Positions 36,203 through 47,752 are shown, counted from the first letter of the stretch. The stretch: DNA of 64,000 nt from Limisphaerales bacterium (GCA_044225555.1 JBGAIM010000006.1:200018-264017), one strand, 5' to 3'. Numbers and translations are program-made. Notes: a model not told the origin generated them from the letters alone.

Positions 36203-36858
36203 ATGCTGTCAAGGAATCAACAAAGAAAGTCCGCGTCGCTCTGGTGGAGGACAATTCGAAACTGCGCCGCAGTTTGACGGCGTTGTTGAACTCGGCCAAT
36301 GATTTGGAGTGCGTGGAGGCTTGTGCCGATGGGGAACAAGCCTTGCGGCAGCTTCCGACAGCCGCGCCGGAGATTGTTCTCATGGACATCCACTTGCCGG
36401 GCATCAGTGGGATCGAGTGCGTGGCGCGCCTGGCTGCCATCCTGCCGAAGGTTCGAATTGTGATGCTGACCGCGTTTGAAAGCAGCGAGGAGATTTTTGA
36501 TTCTCTGGCCGCCGGAGCGCACGGTTACCTGCTCAAGAGCACCTCCCCGGCCCAGTTGTTGGATTCCATCCGGGAGGTGGCCGCGGGCGGTTCACCGATT
36601 TCGGGGAGTGTGGCCAGGAAGATTGTGGATTTCTTCCGACATAAACCGCCGGTGCCGGACAGCGTGGACGCACTGGCGCCGCGAGAACGGGAAGTATTGC
36701 GGTTGCTGGCGGAGGGATGTCCCTACAAGGAAATCGCCAACACGATGCAAGTGTCGCTGGGCACTGTTCGCACCTATATTGAGCGAATCTACCAAAAGCT
36801 GCACGTTCACAGCCGCACAGAGGCAGTCGTAAAGTACTTCAAGCGATCTGCAGGTTGA
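36199..36858 (+). CDS. Response regulator, NarL/LuxR family
   Basis: REC domain (VALVEDN...VLMDIHLPGISG...VMLTAF) plus LuxR HTH (LAPREREVLRLLAEGCPYKEIANTMQVSLGTVRTYIERIYQKL). ATGA overlap with the kinase gene. Confidence 0.9.
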   Translation: MNAVKESTKKVRVALVEDNSKLRRSLTALLNSANDLECVEACADGEQALRQLPTAAPEIVLMDIHLPGISGIECVARLAAILPKVRIVMLTAFESSEEIFDSLAAGAHGYLLKSTSPAQLLDSIREVAAGGSPISGSVARKIVDFFRHKPPVPDSVDALAPREREVLRLLAEGCPYKEIANTMQVSLGTVRTYIERIYQKLHVHSRTEAVVKYFKRSAG

Positions 36859-37072
36859 TCTTGTTTTGGGGGCGGTCAGCAACTGCTGATTGCGAGCGGA
36901 AACATTTTCAGCCCGCCAGGAGGAGTCTGTTCGCGATTTCGGCGATGTCTGATGTTTGTCCGACATGACGGTTTTCGCTGCGCCCCCTAAGGTTGACGTC
37001 AAGCCCGGTCGATCACGCCGTCCGCCAGCATGTGGACGAAAATGAGCAGGCCGGCAAAACCGTTAGCAACCA

Positions 37073-38941
37073 ATGAAAACCCCAACCACAAAACCAAGCA
37101 AATACCTTGCAGTTCTCGCCGGAGTCGCGGTGGCGGTGAGCGCTCATGCCACCACTATTCCGCTCACCAATCCTTCATTCGAAGCGCCAGTCGTTGGCGC
37201 CTGGTCCTCGGGCTTTCTCCCGGACGGCTGGTCCTGGGATTACGGTAGCTACATTCAGACGCCCGGGGCACATCAAGGCAGCCAGGGCGTGTGCAATCTG
37301 GGCAGCGCGAACCAGTTTTACCGGCTTTCGCAAAACACGACGTACACCGTGGCCCACGCCAACGAAACCATCACCGGCAAGGTGTGGATTCGGGTCACCA
37401 ACCTCGAAAAGGGCAACTGCCACTTCCGCGTGGAACTGGTGCTGAACTCCGCCGGGGTGGTTACCAACACGTTCGCCGTCACCCCGGGAATGGTGACCGG
37501 ACAGACCTACGATTGGGCGGAGATTTCCGTGCAGTATGTCACCAGCGCCGGCGATGTTGGCAAGACGGTGGGCGTCGCCATTGGCGCCGACGGGGGGGAC
37601 AACTCGGACGGCTACAGTCCGAGTTATTGTTACATGGATGAAGTATCACTGGATACTGTGACGATTGGTGGTCCAACCGTGGTGGCCACCGCCTCGCCCA
37701 ACCCGGTGGCGCTCTTCTCGAACGTGCTGGTCTCGGCGACCGTAACGCCCGGCGCTAACCCAACGATTTCGTCGGTCGTGTTTAATGCCACCGCGCTTGG
37801 CGGGGGGAGTTCCGTCGCACTCGTTTCTGCGGGCGGCGGTGTCTATACAAATACGGTGGCCGCCTCGGCGCCGACCGGTCTGGACACGCCGTTGAACCTG
37901 CCGGTGACGGTGACGGATGGCAGCGCTCTCGTGGGGCAATTCACGGCTCAAGTGACGGTGAATCGTCCAGAGGTCCTCACTTGGGCTGGTGGGGTGGGTA
38001 ACTGGAACGACGCAAACTGGCTTCCCTACAACCTCACTGGCCCGTTGCAGGGACCGAATCGCACGGCGATCGTCACGAACGGGCAGGTTCTCGTAAACCA
38101 GCCAGGTGGTATCGGAGGCGGTGTTGCCATCATCCTGGAGGAGACCGGTACCATGCAGGTGCATAACGCCCACTATGGCGGGTATGGCAACATCCTGTTC
38201 TCGGGCGGCACGCTGGATATTTATGATGACTCGGCTTACCACGCATACGGGGCGTCGGTGCTCTCATCCCTCGTGGCTACCGGTGCCATTACTTCAACCA
38301 TCAGCAATTCCGGTGGAACGTGGTTTAATCTCAGCGATCCCGCATCCACTTTTGCGGTCAGCGATGGCGCCACCTTGAATGTGATGGCCACGTTGGCCGG
38401 GGCGGTGGCGTCAAACGATAATCTGTACAACCCCTCTGGGCTCACCAAAATTGGGGCTGGGACTCTGATTCTGTCCGGCACCAATACGTATGCGGGTACA
38501 ACCACCGTGGCTGAGGGTGCGTTGACGCTCGCCAGCTCCGGGGCGCTGCGGGCGAACACGACCCTGACGGTTGCCGGTGGCACAACGGTCAATCTGAATT
38601 ATTCCGGCACGCTCTCCCTTGGTGCACTGGTTCTGAACGGTGTTAGTCAGGCTGCAGGCACTTATGGAGCCACTGGTTCTGGTGCTGACCATATCAACAA
38701 CACGTTTTTCTCCGGCACTGGCGTCCTCGCGGTTGGGATTCGTCCGACCTTGAGCTACGTGAGATTGGGTGGAAGCCAGTTGCAGTTGTCTTGGACAGTC
38801 GCCGCCACACTACAAGTGCAGACCAACAGCTTGGCAACCGGGATTAGCTCCACGGGCTGGGTGGATCTGCCGGATGTGAGTCCAACGACTGTTACGATCG
38901 ACCCCGAGGCCGGTGGAGTGTTCTTCCGTTTGAAGCAGTAA
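37073..38941 (+). CDS. Secreted autotransporter-associated beta-strand repeat protein with an N-terminal jelly-roll-like domain and a C-terminal FFR module
   Basis: Signal peptide. NPSFEAP..W N-terminal domain. GLTKIGAGTLILSGTNTYAGTTTVAEGALTL repeats. Ends ...GGVFFRLKQ. Confidence 0.65.
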   Translation: MKTPTTKPSKYLAVLAGVAVAVSAHATTIPLTNPSFEAPVVGAWSSGFLPDGWSWDYGSYIQTPGAHQGSQGVCNLGSANQFYRLSQNTTYTVAHANETITGKVWIRVTNLEKGNCHFRVELVLNSAGVVTNTFAVTPGMVTGQTYDWAEISVQYVTSAGDVGKTVGVAIGADGGDNSDGYSPSYCYMDEVSLDTVTIGGPTVVATASPNPVALFSNVLVSATVTPGANPTISSVVFNATALGGGSSVALVSAGGGVYTNTVAASAPTGLDTPLNLPVTVTDGSALVGQFTAQVTVNRPEVLTWAGGVGNWNDANWLPYNLTGPLQGPNRTAIVTNGQVLVNQPGGIGGGVAIILEETGTMQVHNAHYGGYGNILFSGGTLDIYDDSAYHAYGASVLSSLVATGAITSTISNSGGTWFNLSDPASTFAVSDGATLNVMATLAGAVASNDNLYNPSGLTKIGAGTLILSGTNTYAGTTTVAEGALTLASSGALRANTTLTVAGGTTVNLNYSGTLSLGALVLNGVSQAAGTYGATGSGADHINNTFFSGTGVLAVGIRPTLSYVRLGGSQLQLSWTVAATLQVQTNSLATGISSTGWVDLPDVSPTTVTIDPEAGGVFFRLKQ

Positions 38942-38968
38942 GTAAGGTATGTGGGTAAGTGGAGTCAT

Positions 38969-39000
38969 GGGCGGGAGACACGTGGGTTTGTCTCCCGCCC
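38969..39000. terminator. Perfect 12-bp stem hairpin (no U-tract) after the 37073 gene
   Basis: GGGCGGGAGACA - CGTGGGTT - TGTCTCCCGCCC read directly. Confidence 0.45.
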
Positions 39001-39070
39001 CCTCGAACCCTCATGAAACTAGAAACCATTCCGAGTGATTCTCTGCGACTGCCGCCACCATAGATCTTCC

Positions 39071-39937
39071 ATGAAGGCCAAGACCTCTCCGCAAACGTTC
39101 CATCAGCCTGTAGCCTCCGGTTGCACGCTGGGCGGATTTACCCTGATTGAACTGCTCGTGGTGATCGCGATCATCGCCATTCTCGCGGCGTTGCTCTTGC
39201 CGGCCTTGAGCAAGGCGAAGAACAAGGCGCAGGGCTCGGTGTGCCTGAGCAATCAAAAGCAGATTATTCTGGCCTGGACCATGTATGCGGATGACAACCA
39301 AGGGCGGTTGGTGAATTTGCACACGCAACTGAACGCCAAAAACGAAACTCCGTGGCGCTGGATCAATCCTCCGGTTTCCCCGGTCACCTCCGGCTTGAAT
39401 GCGCAGGAAATCCTGATTGCCAGGTACAATGCAGGATTCGAGCAGGGAGCATTGGGGACCTACGGGAAAAATCCCAGCGTCATTCATTGTCCTGCGGATC
39501 CGCGCGGTAAACAAACCCCGGGCAACGGATTCGTTTGGGGCAGCCTCTCCGGGGTCGATGGTTTGAACGGCGAGTCCATGAGCGCCGTCGGCGGGATCAC
39601 CAAAGTCAGCCAGATTCGGCGCACCGCGGAGATTTACGTTTTCGTTGAGGAGAACGATCTGCGGGGGGAAAACGTAGGATCGTGGCAGTTCAACCTCCAA
39701 GGCACGCAGCCCACGTTCGCGGGATCGAAAATGGTGGATGCGCCCGGAATCTTCCATGCGACGAGCAGCACAATGTCGTATGCTGACGGCCATGCCTCCC
39801 AACACAAATGGGTCGATGCCAAGACATTCGCTTTCGCCAAGAAAGGTTCCGGCAGTGGGTCGCCTCCTGACGCGGCTGGTTCTCCCAGGGATATCCAGTG
39901 GCTGGCCAATGGTTGGGCAAGCACCACCAATCCGTAG
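39071..39937 (+). CDS. Prepilin-type N-terminal cleavage/methylation domain protein, H-X9-DG family
   Basis: [33 protein letters not shown] and [13 protein letters not shown]. The ATG at 39071 lies inside ORF 39035..39937. Confidence 0.8.
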   Translation: MKAKTSPQTFHQPVASGCTLGGFTLIELLVVIAIIAILAALLLPALSKAKNKAQGSVCLSNQKQIILAWTMYADDNQGRLVNLHTQLNAKNETPWRWINPPVSPVTSGLNAQEILIARYNAGFEQGALGTYGKNPSVIHCPADPRGKQTPGNGFVWGSLSGVDGLNGESMSAVGGITKVSQIRRTAEIYVFVEENDLRGENVGSWQFNLQGTQPTFAGSKMVDAPGIFHATSSTMSYADGHASQHKWVDAKTFAFAKKGSGSGSPPDAAGSPRDIQWLANGWASTTNP

Positions 39938-39956
39938 CGGTCAGAAGAGAAATCAT

Positions 39957-42548
39957 ATGACGGAGCGATCCTGGCTTGCCTACCTCGTGGCTCGCCCCTC
40001 GTTGATTCTGCTGCCGTTGCTGCTGTCATGGATGGCTCCGGCGCAAACCTTGGGTCTTTTCAATGGCAACATGGAACTGCCTGTTGTGGTCGCATGGTCA
40101 ACGACGAAACCCTCTTCATGGACGTGGTCCGCGGGCAGCGGAGTGGGAGATGTGGGGCTGACCAGCACCGGCGGCGCGAATGGAAGTCAGCAGACGCTCT
40201 ACGGAAATCAACTGGCCGGAACACTGACGTCCGATGCCTCCATGGGAACAGTTCCCGGCGAGGGCGCGATTGTGCTTACCTATTACGCGAAGCGCGAGAA
40301 CAGTGGCACTTTCAATCTGACTGGAAGTGTTCTGGTCGGCGGGATTGTCGTCACATCACGCACGGATGTGTTGCAGACGACGACTTGGACGCAATACACG
40401 TTGAATTGTCCGGTCTCCGCTGCCGATGCTGGCAAATCCGTGCAGGCGCGTTTTGTGTTCTCCGGCAGCGGCGCTTGGCAGGGCTATCTGGACGAAGTCG
40501 GACTCGCATTTTCCAATTCCGCGCCGCAGGTGAGTTTTTCGGGCGGCGACCTGATTCAGGCGGAAACCAATTCCCAGGGACGAGTCAGTGTTTATTTGAG
40601 CCGGGCGGCGACGAACAGCGTCAGCGTCGGATATTTTCTCGCGGGCGGAACAGCTCAGGCGGGAACGGATTTCACGTTCACACCCGGCTTGCTGACATTT
40701 TCTCCGGGCGTGATCAGCAATAGCTTTGGCTTCACCGTGCTCGACAACTCCACGTATCAAGGCAGCAAAACCATTTTGTTCGGCATCAACAATCCGGCCA
40801 ATGCCACGCTCGGGTTAGTGACGACCCAATCGGTCATGATCGTCGATCCCGAGGAGCGTCCCGCGCCGCGAACGTTTTACGTGGATTCCGTCGCCGGTAG
40901 CGATGCGAACAGCGGGACGAACATCGCCGCGCCGTGGAAGTCGTTGGCGAAGTTGAATGCCACGACCTTTCGCACGGGCGACTCGATCCTGCTCAAGGCG
41001 GGCAGCACCTGGACCGGACAACTGCATCCGCTGGGTTCGGGAGATTACAACGGCCAGATCACGATCGATATGTATGGCAGCGGCGCGAAGCCGCGCATTG
41101 ACGGCGGCGGAATTTCCGGCGGCACATTCTATCTGCTCAACCAGCAATATTGGACGATCAACAATCTGGAGCTTTCCAATCTCGGCTCGACGAACATCGC
41201 CAAGAAGCAGGGTATGCTCATCAAGAACGATTGCGTGGGAACGTTGAACCGCATTTACGTTCGCAACTGCTACATCCAAGACGTGAATGGCGTCATGGAT
41301 AATTACATTGATGGCAAAGAAAGCGGCGGCATCGTTTTTTACGTCACCAGTTCCAACACCAACGTGCCTTCCAAGTGGAACGACCTCCGCATTGAGAACA
41401 ATGTCATCCGCGATGTCGTGCGGGAAGGCATCTTGCTGCAATCGCTTTGGGTGAACAAACCGCAAGACCCGAACACGTATTGGAGCAGTTGCGGGCCGTA
41501 TTATCCGAGCACCCAAGTCCGGATCGCCAGCAACATCCTCGAACGCATCGGCGGCGATGGCATCATTCCCTGGGCGGTGAACGGTGCGGTGGTGGAATAC
41601 AATTACGTCCGTCTATCCAATCTAAACAGCGTCGGGCAGGGTCACGCAGCGGTCTGGCCTTACATCTGCGAAAACATCGTGTTTCAGTTCAACGAGATTT
41701 GCGAGACGCAGACGCGCTTCGACGGCATGGCGCTGGATTTGGATCACAGCAACCAGAACTGCATCTACCAATACAATTACAGCCACGACAACCAGGGCGG
41801 ATTCCTGAACATGTGTTCCGGCGGCAACGCGAACAACAACATCGTGCGCTACAACATCAGCGAGAACGATGGTTGCGTCGCGGGCGGACGCGTGTTTCTC
41901 ATCTACGGTGCGGGCAATCACAATTACTCCGTCTATAACAACACCGTTTTTGTCCACAGCAACAACCCGCCGGTGTTTCAGGATGACGGCGGCGGCAGCG
42001 CCAGCAGCACGATCAACTTCTACAATAACATCATCATCAACATGGGCAGCGGCAGCATGAATGCGCCGGCTGGATGTTTCTTCGATCGCAATCTGTTCTT
42101 CGGCAACGGCGCGATTGCGTCCGACGCGAACAAGCTGCAAGTGAATCCACTGCTGGTCGCCGCGGGCAGCGGGTCGAACGGGCTGGCCTCGGTGGCGGGA
42201 TACAAGCTGGCGACGAATTCTCCGGCGTTGCGGACCGGTCGGATCATTCCCGACAACGGCGGTCGCGACTACTGGCAAAATCCCGTGCCCGCGGGCGTCG
42301 CTCCGAATCTCGGCGCGTATAACGGCATGGGCGTGCCCGAGATCACGAATCTGTTGTGGTCCGTCAGTGGAACGAATCTCGTGTTGAACTGGCCGCTGTA
42401 TCATGTGCTGCGGACGCAGACGAATCTTTTGCCGGTGGATGGTTCAAATGCCTGGCCGATTGTTCCCGGCTCGACGACCACCAATCGGATGGTCGTGCCG
42501 ATTGAACGTTCTGTGCCGGCCAGATTTTTTCGCGCCACGCAACCATGA
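39957..42548 (+). CDS. Secreted multidomain protein: jelly-roll-like N-domain, Calx-beta-like domain, right-handed parallel beta-helix, C-terminal FFR module
   Basis: Signal peptide. Calx-beta-like VSVGYFLAGGTAQAGTDFTFTPGLLTFSPG. Beta-helix repeats (NNVIRDVVREGILLQ, NYSHDNQGGFLNM, YNISENDG). Ends ...PARFFRATQP. ATG at 39957. Confidence 0.6.
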   Translation: MTERSWLAYLVARPSLILLPLLLSWMAPAQTLGLFNGNMELPVVVAWSTTKPSSWTWSAGSGVGDVGLTSTGGANGSQQTLYGNQLAGTLTSDASMGTVPGEGAIVLTYYAKRENSGTFNLTGSVLVGGIVVTSRTDVLQTTTWTQYTLNCPVSAADAGKSVQARFVFSGSGAWQGYLDEVGLAFSNSAPQVSFSGGDLIQAETNSQGRVSVYLSRAATNSVSVGYFLAGGTAQAGTDFTFTPGLLTFSPGVISNSFGFTVLDNSTYQGSKTILFGINNPANATLGLVTTQSVMIVDPEERPAPRTFYVDSVAGSDANSGTNIAAPWKSLAKLNATTFRTGDSILLKAGSTWTGQLHPLGSGDYNGQITIDMYGSGAKPRIDGGGISGGTFYLLNQQYWTINNLELSNLGSTNIAKKQGMLIKNDCVGTLNRIYVRNCYIQDVNGVMDNYIDGKESGGIVFYVTSSNTNVPSKWNDLRIENNVIRDVVREGILLQSLWVNKPQDPNTYWSSCGPYYPSTQVRIASNILERIGGDGIIPWAVNGAVVEYNYVRLSNLNSVGQGHAAVWPYICENIVFQFNEICETQTRFDGMALDLDHSNQNCIYQYNYSHDNQGGFLNMCSGGNANNNIVRYNISENDGCVAGGRVFLIYGAGNHNYSVYNNTVFVHSNNPPVFQDDGGGSASSTINFYNNIIINMGSGSMNAPAGCFFDRNLFFGNGAIASDANKLQVNPLLVAAGSGSNGLASVAGYKLATNSPALRTGRIIPDNGGRDYWQNPVPAGVAPNLGAYNGMGVPEITNLLWSVSGTNLVLNWPLYHVLRTQTNLLPVDGSNAWPIVPGSTTTNRMVVPIERSVPARFFRATQP

Positions 42549-42588
42549 GGACTCGTTTCGCATCGTTGCTGGCCTTGTTTGGTGAAAT

Positions 42589-45234
42589 TTGATTTTATTT
42601 TTTGTCATGCGGCGCTTTAGCTTACATCGGTTGCTTGGGTTTTTGATCATGGGACTCGGTCTTGTGGCGGTGCTGCCGCTGTCGGCTGGGTCGGCCCGCG
42701 TTGAACTCAATCTGAACCGCGATTGGAAATTCCAGCTCGGCGATCACGCGGGTGCGGCGGCGGTCAAGTTCGATGACGCCCAATGGTCGGCGGCGAATCT
42801 CCCGCATTCTTTCTCGATGCCTTACTTTGCGGCGACGGACAAATTCTATGTCGGCTACGGCTGGTATCGGCGCACGTTGGAAGTTCCTGCGAACTGGTCC
42901 GGCAAACGCGTTCATCTGGAGTTCGATGGCGTGTTTCAAGTCGCGGAAGTTTTTGTGAACGGCAAAAGCATCGGGGAACATCGCGGCGGTTACACCGGGT
43001 TCGCTTTCGACATCACCGACGCAGTGAAGACGGGAAAGAATCTGCTCGCTGTGCGCGTGAATAATTTGTGGGACGCCCAGCTCGCGCCGCGCGCAGGGGA
43101 ACACGCCTTCTCCGGCGGCATCTATCGCAACGTGCGCCTCGTCGTCACCGATCCGTTGCACGTCGCATGGTATGGAACGTTCGTCACCACGCCGCAGGTC
43201 TCGAAAGAATCCGCCACGGTGAACGTGAAGACGGAAGTCATCAACGCCGCGCGCGCGACCAAGCAGACGACGGTCAAAACCCGCATCCTGAACGCCGCCG
43301 GCGAATGCGTCGCGGAAATGAAGTCGGCGCAAACGCTCGCGGGAAATTCCACGAATGTCTTCGATCAGACGAGCGACGCGATCGCGAATCCGAAGTTGTG
43401 GTCGCCGGAGCAGCCAAATCTTTACACCGTGCAAACCATCGTCCTGGACGGCGACAAGGCCGTGGACGAATACACGTCGCCGCTCGGTTTCCGTTGGTTC
43501 AAGTTCACGGCGGATCAGGGCTTTTTCCTGAACGGCGAGCATCGTTATTTCAAAGGCGCGAATGTGCATCAAGATCACGCCGGTTGGGGCGATGCGGTCA
43601 CGGACAACGCGTTCCGTCGCGATGTGCAGATGGTTAAGGATGTCGGGATGGATTTCATCCGCGGCTCGCATTATCCGCACGCGCCGGCGTTCACCAAGGC
43701 GTGCGATGAACTCGGCATGTTGTTCTGGTCGGAGAATGCGTTCTGGGGCATCGGCGGTCACAAGGGCGACGGCTGGTGGAATTGCAGCGCGTATCCGACG
43801 AATGCCACGGACGAAGCCGGTTTCGAGGCGAGCGTGAAACAGCAGTTGCGCGAGATGATCCGCATCCATCGCAATCATCCGAGCATCATCGTCTGGAGCA
43901 TGAGCAACGAACCGTTCTTCAGCGACAATCGCGTGATGCCGCAAGTGCGCCGGTTTCTGAAAGACCTCGTCGCTTACTCGCGCGAACTCGATCCGACGCG
44001 CCCCGCGGCCATCGGTGGTTGTCAGCGCGGCGAGATTGATAAGCTCGGCGACATCGCTGGCTACAACGGCGATGGCGCGAGTTTGCCGGAATATCAAAAT
44101 CCCGGCGTGGCGAGCGTTGTGAGCGAATACGGTTCAACGATGGCGGATCGTCCCGGCAAATATGAAGCCGGTTGGGGCGAATTGCCGACCGCGCCCGGCG
44201 CGGACAAAGAGGTCGCGGGTTCATGGCGCATGCCGTGGCGCAGCGGCGAAGCGATCTGGTGCGCGTTCGATCACGGCAGCATCGCGGGTCGCCGATTTGG
44301 CGGCATGGGATTCGTGGATTACTTCCGGTTGCCCAAGCGCCAATGGTTTTGGTATCGCAACGAATACCTGAAGATTCCGCCGCCGGAATGGCCGAAAGCC
44401 GGCGTCGCCGCGGGACTGAAATTGACCGCCGACAAAACCAGACTCACGGCGATCGATGGCACGGACGACCTCCAACTCATCGTGACGGTGGTGGACAAAG
44501 ACGGCCAAGCATTGAACAACTGTCCGCCCGTGAAGCTCACCATCGAATCCGGTCCGGGCGAATTTCCGACTGGCCCAAGCATTCTCTTTGAAGCCAATTC
44601 CGACATCACGATTCGCGATGGGCAGGCGGCGATGGCTTTCCGTTCGTATCACGCGGGCAAGACCTTGATTCGCGCCACTTCACCGGGATTGCAGGATGCG
44701 ACCATTGAGATTGAATCGCTCGGCGAAACCAAGTTCATCACCGGCGTGACGCCGACGGTTCAACCGCGGCCGTATGAGCGGTTCGTCGCCGAAGACAAGG
44801 CCGGCACAACCATCACGGCTGGTCGCAACAACCCCACGCGCACGAGCAGCGAAACCGCCGCGCACAGCGGACGGCTCGCCAACGACGGTAATCCGGGAAC
44901 GTTCTGGCAGGCGGCGGCGAACGACAAGAATGCCTGGCTGCGGGTAGATCTGGAGAACGTCGTTTCCATCAGCAAAACCAAACTCGTGTTTCCGAGCGAA
45001 GGCAACTGGCGTTACAAGATCGAGGTCTCCGACAACGGCGAAAGCGATTGGAAACTGGTCGCCGACCAAAGCCGCACGGCCAGCACCGCGAAAGAGCGGA
45101 TGGACATCGCGAAAGAAGCCGCGCCGCGCGGACGCTTTCTGCGCGTGACGCTCATCGGTTCGCCCACCGGGAAAGTTCCCGCCGTGGCCGAAGTGGAAGC
45201 GACCGGCACGACCGGTCCGCTCGCGGCGCGCTGA
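42589..45234 (+). CDS. Glycoside hydrolase family 2 protein with C-terminal F5/8 type C (discoidin) domain
   Basis: LNRDWKFQLGD...WSAANLPHSF, GGYTGFAFDIT, RGSHYPHAP, WSMSNEPFF. The C-terminal NDGNPGTFWQAA...AWLRVDL is discoidin-like. The start may be the ATG at 42607. Confidence 0.8.
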   Translation: MILFFVMRRFSLHRLLGFLIMGLGLVAVLPLSAGSARVELNLNRDWKFQLGDHAGAAAVKFDDAQWSAANLPHSFSMPYFAATDKFYVGYGWYRRTLEVPANWSGKRVHLEFDGVFQVAEVFVNGKSIGEHRGGYTGFAFDITDAVKTGKNLLAVRVNNLWDAQLAPRAGEHAFSGGIYRNVRLVVTDPLHVAWYGTFVTTPQVSKESATVNVKTEVINAARATKQTTVKTRILNAAGECVAEMKSAQTLAGNSTNVFDQTSDAIANPKLWSPEQPNLYTVQTIVLDGDKAVDEYTSPLGFRWFKFTADQGFFLNGEHRYFKGANVHQDHAGWGDAVTDNAFRRDVQMVKDVGMDFIRGSHYPHAPAFTKACDELGMLFWSENAFWGIGGHKGDGWWNCSAYPTNATDEAGFEASVKQQLREMIRIHRNHPSIIVWSMSNEPFFSDNRVMPQVRRFLKDLVAYSRELDPTRPAAIGGCQRGEIDKLGDIAGYNGDGASLPEYQNPGVASVVSEYGSTMADRPGKYEAGWGELPTAPGADKEVAGSWRMPWRSGEAIWCAFDHGSIAGRRFGGMGFVDYFRLPKRQWFWYRNEYLKIPPPEWPKAGVAAGLKLTADKTRLTAIDGTDDLQLIVTVVDKDGQALNNCPPVKLTIESGPGEFPTGPSILFEANSDITIRDGQAAMAFRSYHAGKTLIRATSPGLQDATIEIESLGETKFITGVTPTVQPRPYERFVAEDKAGTTITAGRNNPTRTSSETAAHSGRLANDGNPGTFWQAAANDKNAWLRVDLENVVSISKTKLVFPSEGNWRYKIEVSDNGESDWKLVADQSRTASTAKERMDIAKEAAPRGRFLRVTLIGSPTGKVPAVAEVEATGTTGPLAAR

Positions 45235-45315
45235 ATCTTGTTCGTGCTGCTCGGCGCTCGACTTGGCTCAACTGGTGTTGGGCCAAATTGTTTTCACCTA
45301 TTGCAAACTGATCAC

Positions 45316-47721
45316 ATGACAAAATCGTTTTCGTTGCTGCTGTTGCTGGTTCAAATCGGAGCGGGCATTGCCTGCGCCGCCGCGGAGGCCGACGGCAATC
45401 AGCGCCTGTGGTATGAACAACCCGCGACCAAGTGGGAACAGGCGTTGCCCATCGGCAATGGTCGCTTGGGCGCGATGATCTACGGCCAGCCGCAACGCGA
45501 ACGGCTGCAACTGAACGACGTCACCATCTTGAGCGGCGGCCCGCAACCGGATGCGGATCGCAAGGAGGCTTACAAGAATCTGCCCGAACTCCGCCGCCTC
45601 ATCCGCGAAGGCAAATATGCGGAGGCGGAAAAATTCGCCAACGCCAACTTCAACGGCCCAGCGCCGTATCAGGCGTCGTATCAATTGTTGGGCGATTTGA
45701 ATTTTGAATTCCAACTGCCGGAGGGCGGCGTCACGAATTACTCGCGCTGGCTCGACATTGATTCCGCGATTTCGGGCGTCGAGTTCAGCGTTGGCAGCAG
45801 CAAGTTCCAGCGCGAACTGTTCGCCAGCGCGGCGGATCATGTCTTGGTGCAACGCCTTACCAGCAGCGCGAAAGGCGGATTGAATTTCACGATGCGCCTC
45901 ACGCGTCCGGCTTCCGCGCAAACGCGGTCGGTCGGCAATGACACGTTGGTGATGATCGGCAACACGGATATGCCGAAGCTGAAGGGGAATTGTGATTATC
46001 AGGCGAACGTGCGGATCGTGGTGCAGGACGGAAAAGTCAGCAGCGCCGGCGACGCGCTCAAAGTGGAGGGCGCAAGCGAGGCGTTGGTGTTGCTCACGTG
46101 CGGCACGTCTTACGTGCTGGATCACGCGCGAAATTATCGGGGCGCGAATCCGAACCTCGCCGCGCAACAACTTGAAGCCGCCGCCAAAAAGTCTTTTGTC
46201 CAACTGAAGCAGGCGCACGTGGCGGAGTATCAGAATTATTTTCGCCGCGTGAAGCTGGACCTGGGCACGAGCGCCGCCGCCAAGTTGCCTACCGACGTGC
46301 GGTTGAAGAATTATGGCGACGGCACGAAAGACCCGGCGTTTGCGGCGTTGTTCTATCAGTATGGCCGTTACCTGTTGATCTCTGCGAGTCGTCCGGAAAA
46401 TCCGTTGCCCGCGAATCTGCAAGGCATCTGGGGCGACGGACTCGAAATGCCTTGGCTGTGCGATTACCACGCGAACATCAACGTGCAGATGATTTATTGG
46501 CCGGCCGAGCAGGCGAACTTGAGCGAGATGCATCAGCCGTTGCTCAACCTGATCACCAATCTGGTCGCGCCCGGCGCGAAAACGGCGAAGGCTTATTTCG
46601 GGCCGGAGACGCCCGGTTGGGTGGTGGGCTACACCGTCAATGGTTGGGGCTGGACGAGTCCCGGCGAACGGCTCACGTGGGGCATCTGGTTCGGCGGGGC
46701 AGGATGGCTGAGCCAGCATTTGTGGGAACGCTACGCGTTCACCCAGGACCAAAATTATCTGCGCACGGTTTATCCGGCGATTCGCGGCGCAGCGGAATTC
46801 TGGCTGGCAACGTTGATTGAAGGTCCGGATGGAAAGCTGATTCCGTCGCCGACGTCATCGCCGGAGAATACTTTTCGCACCGACACGGGTGTGGTTTCGA
46901 GCATCACCGAAGGCGCAACGATGGAACGCGCCATCGCGTGGGACTCGCTCGATAAAGCCATTCGCGCCGCTGCCGCTCTCGGGGTGGATGCGGAACTCGC
47001 CGCAAAAATGAAAGCGGCGCGCGACCGGATTCGTCCCTTGCAGATCGGCAAAGCCGGGCAGCTCATGGAATGGAACGGCGATTGGGACATGAACGCGCCG
47101 GACATTCATCACCGGCATGCGTCGCATCTCTTCGCCTTGCATCCCGGCGATCAGATCCCGGCGCTGGGTTCGATAGAGTTGAAAAATGCCGCCCAGAAAT
47201 CACTGGAGATTCGCGGCGACGACGGAACGGGTTGGGCGATTGCGTGGAAAGAAAATCTCTGGGCGCGATTGGGCAACGGCGACCACGCGCATCATCTGTT
47301 GAGCAATCAACTGCGCTTCACCGAAGAGACGAAGATCGTCATGGAACACGCCGGTGGCACGTATCCGAATCTCTTCGATGCGCACCCGCCGTTCCAGCTT
47401 GATGGCAACATGGGCGCAGTCGCCGGCATGACCGAGATGCTTTTGCAAAGCCACGAGCGCTACACCGATCCTAAAACCGGCGCGGAAGCCTACGTCATCG
47501 ACCTGTTGCCCGCCTTGCCGAAAGCGTGGCCGAATGGTTCGGTCAAGGGCCTACGCGCGCGCGGCGGATTTGAGGTAGATATTGCATGGCAGAATGGTGG
47601 ATTAGCGACAGCCACGATCCGATCTCAAATGGGCAATGGAGCCAAATTGCGACACGGTCAGGAACTTCAGGCCATTCAGCTTGAAGTCGGGGCGGAGTAT
47701 CATTTCCAGCTCAAGAATTGA
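45316..47721 (+). CDS. Glycoside hydrolase family 95 (alpha-L-fucosidase type)
   Basis: [101 protein letters not shown]. Confidence 0.85.
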   Translation: MTKSFSLLLLLVQIGAGIACAAAEADGNQRLWYEQPATKWEQALPIGNGRLGAMIYGQPQRERLQLNDVTILSGGPQPDADRKEAYKNLPELRRLIREGKYAEAEKFANANFNGPAPYQASYQLLGDLNFEFQLPEGGVTNYSRWLDIDSAISGVEFSVGSSKFQRELFASAADHVLVQRLTSSAKGGLNFTMRLTRPASAQTRSVGNDTLVMIGNTDMPKLKGNCDYQANVRIVVQDGKVSSAGDALKVEGASEALVLLTCGTSYVLDHARNYRGANPNLAAQQLEAAAKKSFVQLKQAHVAEYQNYFRRVKLDLGTSAAAKLPTDVRLKNYGDGTKDPAFAALFYQYGRYLLISASRPENPLPANLQGIWGDGLEMPWLCDYHANINVQMIYWPAEQANLSEMHQPLLNLITNLVAPGAKTAKAYFGPETPGWVVGYTVNGWGWTSPGERLTWGIWFGGAGWLSQHLWERYAFTQDQNYLRTVYPAIRGAAEFWLATLIEGPDGKLIPSPTSSPENTFRTDTGVVSSITEGATMERAIAWDSLDKAIRAAAALGVDAELAAKMKAARDRIRPLQIGKAGQLMEWNGDWDMNAPDIHHRHASHLFALHPGDQIPALGSIELKNAAQKSLEIRGDDGTGWAIAWKENLWARLGNGDHAHHLLSNQLRFTEETKIVMEHAGGTYPNLFDAHPPFQLDGNMGAVAGMTEMLLQSHERYTDPKTGAEAYVIDLLPALPKAWPNGSVKGLRARGGFEVDIAWQNGGLATATIRSQMGNGAKLRHGQELQAIQLEVGAEYHFQLKN

Positions 47722-47752
47722 GCGCGTCCTTTCTCAAAATGCTAAACAACCT

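Noticed and set aside
36993-37002. TTGACGTCAA palindrome upstream of the 37073 gene
   Set aside because: At 10 bp, chance occurrence is plausible, and it does not resemble the NarL-type heptamer arrangement expected for the adjacent regulator.
42622-46752. Long minus-strand ORFs (42622-44097 and 45298-46752) opposite GH2 and GH95
   Set aside because: They are antisense to genes with clear family motifs and their translations are low-complexity.
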